DNA from: Armatimonadota bacterium | Lineage (GTDB): Bacteria > Armatimonadota > Chthonomonadetes > Chthonomonadales > CAJBBX01 | Reading direction: 5' to 3' | DNA length: 64,000 nt | NCBI GenBank assembly: GCA_026392115.1 | Contig: JAPLCQ010000143.1 | Coordinates: forward strand, 819-64,818 | In this document: piece by piece, positions 46,041 through 53,247 of the stretch | How positions within the stretch are numbered: the first letter of the stretch is position 1 | Layout: the number at the start of each line of letters is the position of its first letter | Notes under the pieces: model-generated | Told to the model about the DNA's origin: nothing | What the model saw: the letters and a program-made list of their open reading frames with translations, nothing else | Database searches by the model: none | Position numbers and translations under genes: made by a program

Positions 46041-48122
46041 ATGGGCAGTATCCACGATGATGTATATGGCGGCCACCTGGCCCAATGGCCCAGAGAGGAA
46101 GCCTTGCTGCGGCCCTTCCTGTATGACTTCAGCGTGACATGGGCATCCAAGCGGCAAGCTTACAACACCGTCCTATCGGAGTTCTTTCTCAAGCCCGACC
46201 AACAGACGACCGAGGCATTCGCGTTCTCTCAGGAAGTCATGCTGGTCTATTCACCCTTCAAAAGCATGGAGGCGCGGGTGCTGCAGGCTGCCGACGCTCT
46301 GCTTTCGGACTCACCAGCCCGTGGGCGCGTGGAGCGTCTCAGCTTCTTGCTGATCTCGGAGGCTGCGGACGTGAAGGCGTGGCTCGACACGTACGTAGCG
46401 ACAAACCAGGAGTCCAGCATAGTGGTGGCGTTCCACGCAGACGACCTGCGGGCGCACGCAAGCGATCAGTGGTACGTGAAGAACGAGCTCAACGCCCAGT
46501 TCCTGAGCCGTGACCTATTTGACTACCGCCTCCCGCTATCAAAGGACACGTACTTCTACGGCCGCCGCGACATAATCGGCAAATACGTGGACTCGGTGAA
46601 GCGGTCAGAGAACCGAGGTTTGTTCGGCCTGCGCAAGACCGGAAAGACTTCGGTTCTGTACAAACTCGAACGGATGGCCCGGACGGACAAGCTGGCGGAC
46701 TTCTTCTTCTACGACTGTAAGTCGCCCGCTATCAGGAAGCTCAGGTGGTACGATTTGATGGGTCGGATGTGCGCTGAGATCGGCGCGCGTTTCGGTTTCC
46801 AAACTGATCATCGCAGCTACAACGAGGCAGAGGTGGCGGACGAATTCGTCAGGTGCACAGCCCATACAAAGGCACGAAAGCGGCTTGTCTTCGTATTCGA
46901 TGAGATTGAGTACATCTCGTTCGTGGCCACCCAGGACGTGCACTGGAACCACGACTTCCTCGACTTTTGGCAGACGTTCTGGGCGTGCCAGAGTCGGAAC
47001 AGGCGTATCAGTGCCATCGTCGCGGGCGTAAACCCGCACGTCGTGGAGGCCGATATGGTGGGCTCAGTCCAGAACCCACTCTTCGGCATCTTCACACCCG
47101 ACTTCCTCAGGGGCTTTTCCTTGGACGAGATGTCGGAGATGGTGCGCTCACTCGGGAGGAAGATGGGGCTGCAGTTCAACCGGGACGCTCTCGAGTACCT
47201 GCATGAGCGGTACGGCGGACACCCGATGCTGACCCGCCTTGCGTGCAGTGTCTTCAGCAACCGTGTCACCACAGCGGGCGCGGTCCGCCCATTCGCGGCG
47301 TCTCGTTCCTATCTGTGCGCAGACGAGGATGAGCGCGAAGCCGAACTAACGTTCTATTGCCAGCACCTCGTGTCGCAACTGCGCCAATTCTACCCTGACG
47401 AGTATGCCATGCTTGAGCTCTTGGCATCGGGGCAGGTCGTCGACTATATGGAACTCGTAGGCTACGCCGAGTTCACTCGCCATCTGCACGCCTATGGGCT
47501 GCTCTGCTATGACGCTCGGCGCATACCCAGCATCGCTATCCCGGCTGTATCGCGATACGTCGGCATCGACCTGGCAAGGCGGGAAGGCCGGAAGACGATC
47601 CTACGCGTCGTGCCAACCGACCGCCGGCGCGACTGGCTTACCCGGCGCGTCGCCAGCATCTCGAAGGATCTGCGGGTGTTGGAGGCAGCGATCCACCGCG
47701 CGAACGCACCTAGCCTCTTTGGCGTTAACTCGTTCCCAGAGGCGGACGCGTTTGCTGACCTGTCGGTTTGCGACGATGACGAAGCCTTCGACAGATTCGT
47801 CAACGTGTGCAACCGGTGTTTTGTCGAGGCCATCGAGGTCTACGGTCGGTCGGTCGGCGACAAGAACTACTTCTGGGTCGCAGTGAAGCAGGCATTCCCC
47901 GCCTTGTTCCCGGCTCTCGAACGCATTAAGCTCTACCGCCACCAGCGGCTTCACCTCGTCCTAACATCGGCCGTCGATGCAGGTCTCCAGCGCTACCTCG
48001 CCCAGGACCTAGAAGGCAGGACGCCTAGCGAGGTGCCAAGCCTGTACTTCCAGCTCCAGCAGTGCGTCTTGGATGGGCTCCTCGTCGGCATTCAGGCTGA
48101 GCTCACTTCGCTGAGCTCTTAA
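46041..48122 (+). CDS. STAND-like P-loop NTPase with N-terminal alpha/beta domain and C-terminal HEPN-like domain
   Basis: FYGR, Walker A GLRKTGKTS, Walker B FVFDEIE, helical-domain GGHP; C-terminal LERIKLYRHQRLH (RxxxxH). The NTPase call is firm; the HEPN call is inferred. Confidence 0.75.
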   Translation: MGSIHDDVYGGHLAQWPREEALLRPFLYDFSVTWASKRQAYNTVLSEFFLKPDQQTTEAFAFSQEVMLVYSPFKSMEARVLQAADALLSDSPARGRVERLSFLLISEAADVKAWLDTYVATNQESSIVVAFHADDLRAHASDQWYVKNELNAQFLSRDLFDYRLPLSKDTYFYGRRDIIGKYVDSVKRSENRGLFGLRKTGKTSVLYKLERMARTDKLADFFFYDCKSPAIRKLRWYDLMGRMCAEIGARFGFQTDHRSYNEAEVADEFVRCTAHTKARKRLVFVFDEIEYISFVATQDVHWNHDFLDFWQTFWACQSRNRRISAIVAGVNPHVVEADMVGSVQNPLFGIFTPDFLRGFSLDEMSEMVRSLGRKMGLQFNRDALEYLHERYGGHPMLTRLACSVFSNRVTTAGAVRPFAASRSYLCADEDEREAELTFYCQHLVSQLRQFYPDEYAMLELLASGQVVDYMELVGYAEFTRHLHAYGLLCYDARRIPSIAIPAVSRYVGIDLARREGRKTILRVVPTDRRRDWLTRRVASISKDLRVLEAAIHRANAPSLFGVNSFPEADAFADLSVCDDDEAFDRFVNVCNRCFVEAIEVYGRSVGDKNYFWVAVKQAFPALFPALERIKLYRHQRLHLVLTSAVDAGLQRYLAQDLEGRTPSEVPSLYFQLQQCVLDGLLVGIQAELTSLSS

Positions 48123-48524
48123 CCGTGGCGCCGCGGCGGCGGCAGGTGGGAAGACCAGGGTAACCGGGCGGTGGAGGGGCACGACAAGCTGGTGCTCATA
48201 TGCTCGCGGCAGTCGTTCTACCGGCCCAACGTGGTGAAGGAGATCCTCCGGGCTGTTGACCAGGAGCGGAAGACCGGCCGCAAGAAGCTCTTCCCGATCC
48301 GGCTGGATGACCACAATCTAAGTGACGAGTTCATGGAGGAGGCCCGGGAGAAGGTGAAGTCGGGCGAGTGGCGGGAGAACTGGGTCTACTTCGTGCGCAA
48401 GTTCCATGTCCCCGACTTCAGCGGATGGAAGGACCATGACGCCTACGTGGGGGCTGTAGCGGAGTTGCTGCGCAACTTCAAGGACGGCAGGGGCACTCGG
48501 GACGGCGGGGTGGCTGGGCCGTAG
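48123..48524 (+). pseudogene. N-terminally truncated TIR domain (TIR_2-like)
   Basis: HDKLVLICSRQS..RPNVVKEI...LFPIRLDD...PDFSGWKDHDAY resembles bacterial TIR domains. The first strand and helix (FISYS) are missing. Possible GTG start at 48171. Confidence 0.7.
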
Positions 48525-48742
48525 CGGTGCCGGGGGCAGAGCAGCGGGCCGGCGGACGCGTGCCAACCAAGGCAAGCCACAAGCAGCATGAGACCGGGTA
48601 TGCACCGCATGGCCATCGCCTCCCGCCCGGTTGGGCGAACGCGAACGCTGATCGTCAGTTCGACGGCCCGGCCAGTCTCTCCTGCGGGGTACCGGAATGT
48701 GGAATAGGGTATCCCATACCGTCACTCTGTGCGGAGGTTACC

Positions 48743-50842
48743 ATGCGCTACTTGCTCGCCTGCGCGGCTCTTGCTGCCTTGCTCCTTCGGCCTGCCGCGG
48801 CCGACCATCGTTTCTACCTGGCCGGCCAGCACGACTTCGAGGCCAAGCGCGGCTTCTACCTGAACTTCGAGAATGCCGCCGAGGGGCCGGGGCCTTGTCG
48901 TCTGACGTCGCTACGGATGATCCTCGGTGGCGGCGACGGCAAGCAGTGGCGTTTCGCTGAGCGACGCGGCGACTGGCAGGTTGAGCATACCTACCGCGCT
49001 CGCGCCGAATTGACCGCGACCACGGGCCGGCTGCTGCTGGACGGTATCGAGGTGGGCCGCATCGACGGCGGCTACGTGCCTGCGCGCGGGCCGCTGACCT
49101 ACTCGGACGTGCCGGGCTGGGCCTCCGACCCCGCCGACTATGCCATTCAGCAGACGTCTGTTTGGGTCAGCGGCCCCGCCGGCAACCTGGTTCGTGCCAC
49201 CGTGCCTGCCTCCGATGGCCCACCGGCCCTGGCGCTCTTCGCACCCCAGCAGCCTCAGTCCGCCAAACTGGCGTTGGCTCCCGGCCAAGCGATCATCATC
49301 GAGGCCGAGTTCCGTATCTCGCGCTACCCGGAAGTGAGGAGCCTGGCGCCCTTCATTGACGCCTATGGCCAGTCGATCCACTCCCGATGGCCCGGCAAGG
49401 TCAAGTCGGACGCCGACCTGAAGCGCGCCACTGCCGACGAGGCGCGCATGGCCCGGCGCTGGACGCCGCCCACCGGTATTGACCGCTTCGGCGGGTGGAA
49501 GCAGGCCGGTTGGAAGGAGAAGCCCACTGGCTACTTCCGCGTGACCCAGCGCAACGGTGTCTGGTGGCTTGTTTCGCCCGAGGGCAACCCCTGCTTCTAC
49601 ACGGGCATGAACTCGCTCTGCGGCCTGGTATGGGAGCGCACGCCTGTCGACGGCCGCGAGTGGCTCTATCAGTGGCTCCCGCCGCGCACGGGAGCCACGG
49701 CCGCCGCATGGTTCATGAACGATTGGGGCTCCACCGACGGCGGCAACACGGTGGCCATCCAGGCTTCCAACATGCTCCGGAAGTACGGGGCCGATTGGCA
49801 GAAGGTCGCCACGGCCGCGACGTCGCGCCGCTTGCGCCAGTGGGCCTTTGCCGGCGGAGGGAAGTGGGGCGCAGTGCCCGATCTGCCCTGCACTCCTGTC
49901 CTGGCGCACTACGACATCCCCAACGTGGCTCGACACCCGGACATCTTTGACGCCGACATCCGCGTCCGCTTCCGCGAGACGCTCCGCAACCAGATCGCTC
50001 CGCAGCGCCGCGACCCCATGGTCCTCGGCTGGTCCCTCGGCAACGAGTACGACGAGATCGTGACCAAGGCAGAGATCCAGGACATCCTCCGCAAGCCTTC
50101 AGCCACTCCCGCCAAACGCGAGATGATCCGCTTCGGGCTTGCGACGCTCTACGCCGGTGACGCCGCCCGAGCAGCGGCCGCCTGGCGCGTAACTGCCGAT
50201 ACGTCCGACTCCCTGATGGAGACCGATCCCACGCCGCCCGCCGCGGACCTCGAGCGTATGCGCCTCCACTACGCCGAGGCCTACTACAAGTTCATCTACA
50301 CCACAGTGAAGGAGATCGACCCGGACCACCTCTATCTGGGCTTCTGGATCGTTCCGGGCTGGTGGGAGAACGCCGATGACTGGCGGGTGAGCGCTCCCTA
50401 CTGTGATGTGATCGGCTACGACCGCTACGCGCTGGACTACATGGACGCCCAGACAGCCGCGCTGGTGAAGGAGACCCGCAAGCCCATCCTCTGCGGCGAG
50501 TTCTCCTTCCCGCCCACCTATCGGGGCACGAGGGGCTTCGGCGTCTACCCCACGCACGTGGCTGACGAGGTCGAGTCTGGCGACGCCTATGCGCGCTGGA
50601 TCCGTGCCGCCGCGGCCGATCCCTACTGCGTGGGCGGCATCTGGTTCCAGTACCGCGACCAGCCGCTCACCGGTCGAGGCCCCGGCAAGGGCACGGCGTT
50701 GGTCTACGGCGAACACTACGCTTTCGGCGTGGTGGACCTCTGCGACCGGCCCAAGGTGACGCTGGTCGAGCGCATGCGCCAGGCCAACCTGGCGGCACAG
50801 AAGCTGCGGCTACGGGCAGCCGCGCGTGTGAAGGCGAAGTAG
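48743..50842 (+). CDS. Secreted GH50-like (beta-agarase family) glycoside hydrolase
   Basis: DRFGGW, TGYFRV..WWLVSPEGN, LGWSLGNE, KPILCGEFSF, CVGGIWFQYRDQPLTGR, FGVVDLCDRP; GGAGG RBS before MRYLL. Confidence 0.82.
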   Translation: MRYLLACAALAALLLRPAAADHRFYLAGQHDFEAKRGFYLNFENAAEGPGPCRLTSLRMILGGGDGKQWRFAERRGDWQVEHTYRARAELTATTGRLLLDGIEVGRIDGGYVPARGPLTYSDVPGWASDPADYAIQQTSVWVSGPAGNLVRATVPASDGPPALALFAPQQPQSAKLALAPGQAIIIEAEFRISRYPEVRSLAPFIDAYGQSIHSRWPGKVKSDADLKRATADEARMARRWTPPTGIDRFGGWKQAGWKEKPTGYFRVTQRNGVWWLVSPEGNPCFYTGMNSLCGLVWERTPVDGREWLYQWLPPRTGATAAAWFMNDWGSTDGGNTVAIQASNMLRKYGADWQKVATAATSRRLRQWAFAGGGKWGAVPDLPCTPVLAHYDIPNVARHPDIFDADIRVRFRETLRNQIAPQRRDPMVLGWSLGNEYDEIVTKAEIQDILRKPSATPAKREMIRFGLATLYAGDAARAAAAWRVTADTSDSLMETDPTPPAADLERMRLHYAEAYYKFIYTTVKEIDPDHLYLGFWIVPGWWENADDWRVSAPYCDVIGYDRYALDYMDAQTAALVKETRKPILCGEFSFPPTYRGTRGFGVYPTHVADEVESGDAYARWIRAAAADPYCVGGIWFQYRDQPLTGRGPGKGTALVYGEHYAFGVVDLCDRPKVTLVERMRQANLAAQKLRLRAAARVKAK

Positions 50843-50876
50843 GGGAGCGGCCCAAGGCTGCGTCTGGAGGTGAACG

Positions 50877-53228
50877 ATGACCTGCGCTCTCTCAACCGCC
50901 TGCGTGCTCGTTGCTCTGACGCTCTGCGGGGCCGCAGCACGCGCTTCCGATTTGCCGAAGGCCCAGCCGGTCCTCCACCTGGACGCATCGGCCACGGGCT
51001 CGGCGCCGGGGCCGCTGGCCCGGTGGAGTGATCTATCGGGTCGGGGCGCCCACGTCGCCCAGGCTGATGCGGCGTGCCGACCCACGCTGGTGGCGGATGG
51101 GCTCAACGGCAAGCCTGTGGTTCGGTTCAACGGAGAGCAATATCTGGACGGCGTCGCCGTCCTGCCCGACGGCTGTTCCGAGTTCACGTTCGCAGTCGTC
51201 TGGCGCCGCATCGACACGCTGGGAGCCGCCGTGGTCTGCGAGCAGGCGGATGACGGGCCCGGACGCCGCGCAAGCGTCCTGACCGTGAACGAGCGCTACG
51301 GCTTCAACGGCCAGAACAACGACCAGCACGACCTGCTGCCCTACGGCGGTGGCCTCTGGAACCTCTCCGTGGTCATGGTCGGGAAGGGCGGCTTGGTTCG
51401 TGTCTGGCACAACGACAGCCGCGGCGGAACGGGCGCGTCCGGGCGTATTGACGGCGCGCTCCAGAAGGTCGGCGTGCGCCGGTTCCGCTTGGGCGCCAAG
51501 GTGCAGGACCGTAGCGAGAGGCTCCGCGGCGACATCGCCGAAGTGCTCGTCTACAGCCGGGCGCTCGCATTCGCCGAGGTCAAGTCCGTCAACGAGTACC
51601 TCGCCGAACGGTGGGGCGTGGCAGGGAAGGGAGGCGTGGGGACGATGACTATGGAGCGCATGGACCAGGGGCCGGACTACACCTCCAAGGTGCCCCACAA
51701 CACCTTCGGCAAGACGTTGGCCGAGCAGGAGGCCCAACTCAAGGCCAACCCGCTGCTGGCCCGGTTCCGCGAGTCGCGCACCAAGCTGGCAGCCGACCCC
51801 GCCCGCCCGCTGTATCACTTCACAAGCCCCGAGAGTAGGCTCAACGATCCCAACGGCCTCTGCTTCTGGCGGGGCAACTGGCACCTCTTCTATCAGGGGT
51901 ATCCGCCGGAGGACCCGCGCCAGCACTGGGGCCACGCCGTGAGCACTGACCTGATCCACTGGCGCGACCTGCCCTACGCCATCTACCCGAACCCGGAGGA
52001 GTGTGTCTTCTCCGGCGCAACGCTGGCGGAGCCTGATCGGGTCATCGCCATGTACCACGGCACCAAGGTCGGCAACATGGTGGCTACATCCAACGACCCG
52101 CTCCTCCTGAACTGGGAGAAGGTGACCGGCAAGGCAGTGATCCCGCAGCGCCGGCCGGACGGCTCGCCGCAGCCCTTTGGCGTCTTCGACCCCTGCATCT
52201 GGAAGCAGGGCGACCACTACTACTCGCTCTCCGGTGGCACGGTACCGGGGCCGGACACCAAGCGCACTCGGGCCGACTTCCTGCTCCGCAGCAAGGATCT
52301 CGCCAGCTGGGAGTACCTGCACCCGCTGGTCGAGAAGGACCCCTATGGTCTGGTGGGCGATGACGGCGCCTGCCCCTACTTCTGGCCCATTGGCGACCGC
52401 CACATCCTGCTCCATTTCAGCCACATGAGCGGCGGCAAGTACCTGTTGGGCCGCTACGACACCGGGCGCCAGCGGCTGGACGTGACCGGCGGCGGCTCCT
52501 TCAACTTCGGCCCCGCTTGGCCGCTCGGCGTCCACGCCCCATCAGCCGCACCGGACGGCAAGGGCGGCATCATCGCCATCTTCAATATGAACCCCGGCAA
52601 GCCCACGCCCGGTTGGGACCAGATCATGTCGCTGCCCCGTCGCCTGACGCTGAGCGCCGAGGGTGACCTGCTGCAAGAGCCGACCGGCGACTTCGCCTCG
52701 CTACGCGGCGCCCGAACCCAGATGGCCGAGACCCGCCTGCCCGCCAACCAGGACGTGATCCTTGAAGCGGTCAAGGGCAACTGCCTCGAGATCCAAGCCG
52801 TCATCGACCCCAAGGAGGCGGCGACGATCGAACTGGACCTGCTCCGTTCGCCCGGGTGCGAGGAGCTGACGCGGCTCTCCATTTACTCCCGGCGCGGCTT
52901 CCACTACTGGAACCGGGGGGGCCGTCCCGGCAATGACACGGTCGTTTCGCTGGAGACATCACGCTCGTCGCTGGCGCCCGATGTCACCTCGCGCCCGCCG
53001 GAGACGGCGCCGGTCTACATCCCCGAGGGCGAGCCCGTACGGCTTCATGTCTTCATCGACAAGAGCGTGGTGGAGGTGTTCGTCAACGGCCGTCAGTGTG
53101 TCGCCGCCCGCGTATACCCCTCCCGTCCCGACAGCGTGGGCGTCGTGTTGCGGGCTATCGGCAAGGAGGCCCTGCTCAAGTCGCTGGAGGCCTGGCAGAT
53201 GGGTTCCGCCGAGACCGCAAAGCCCTAG
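50877..53228 (+). CDS. LamG/ConA-like domain + GH32 family protein with variant catalytic motifs
   Basis: GDIAEVLVYSRAL (LamG); RPLYHF, LNDPNG, WGHAVSTDLIHW, FSG, FIDKSVVEVFVN; FDP and DDGACP where RDP and ECP are expected. Confidence 0.85.
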   Translation: MTCALSTACVLVALTLCGAAARASDLPKAQPVLHLDASATGSAPGPLARWSDLSGRGAHVAQADAACRPTLVADGLNGKPVVRFNGEQYLDGVAVLPDGCSEFTFAVVWRRIDTLGAAVVCEQADDGPGRRASVLTVNERYGFNGQNNDQHDLLPYGGGLWNLSVVMVGKGGLVRVWHNDSRGGTGASGRIDGALQKVGVRRFRLGAKVQDRSERLRGDIAEVLVYSRALAFAEVKSVNEYLAERWGVAGKGGVGTMTMERMDQGPDYTSKVPHNTFGKTLAEQEAQLKANPLLARFRESRTKLAADPARPLYHFTSPESRLNDPNGLCFWRGNWHLFYQGYPPEDPRQHWGHAVSTDLIHWRDLPYAIYPNPEECVFSGATLAEPDRVIAMYHGTKVGNMVATSNDPLLLNWEKVTGKAVIPQRRPDGSPQPFGVFDPCIWKQGDHYYSLSGGTVPGPDTKRTRADFLLRSKDLASWEYLHPLVEKDPYGLVGDDGACPYFWPIGDRHILLHFSHMSGGKYLLGRYDTGRQRLDVTGGGSFNFGPAWPLGVHAPSAAPDGKGGIIAIFNMNPGKPTPGWDQIMSLPRRLTLSAEGDLLQEPTGDFASLRGARTQMAETRLPANQDVILEAVKGNCLEIQAVIDPKEAATIELDLLRSPGCEELTRLSIYSRRGFHYWNRGGRPGNDTVVSLETSRSSLAPDVTSRPPETAPVYIPEGEPVRLHVFIDKSVVEVFVNGRQCVAARVYPSRPDSVGVVLRAIGKEALLKSLEAWQMGSAETAKP

Positions 53229-53247
53229 CGGGGGCGCGTCGCGCGAG

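Noticed and set aside
44068-48122. Gabija or retron system call
   Set aside because: The gene after the OLD nuclease is a STAND-like NTPase, not a UvrD helicase, and no reverse transcriptase motif is present.
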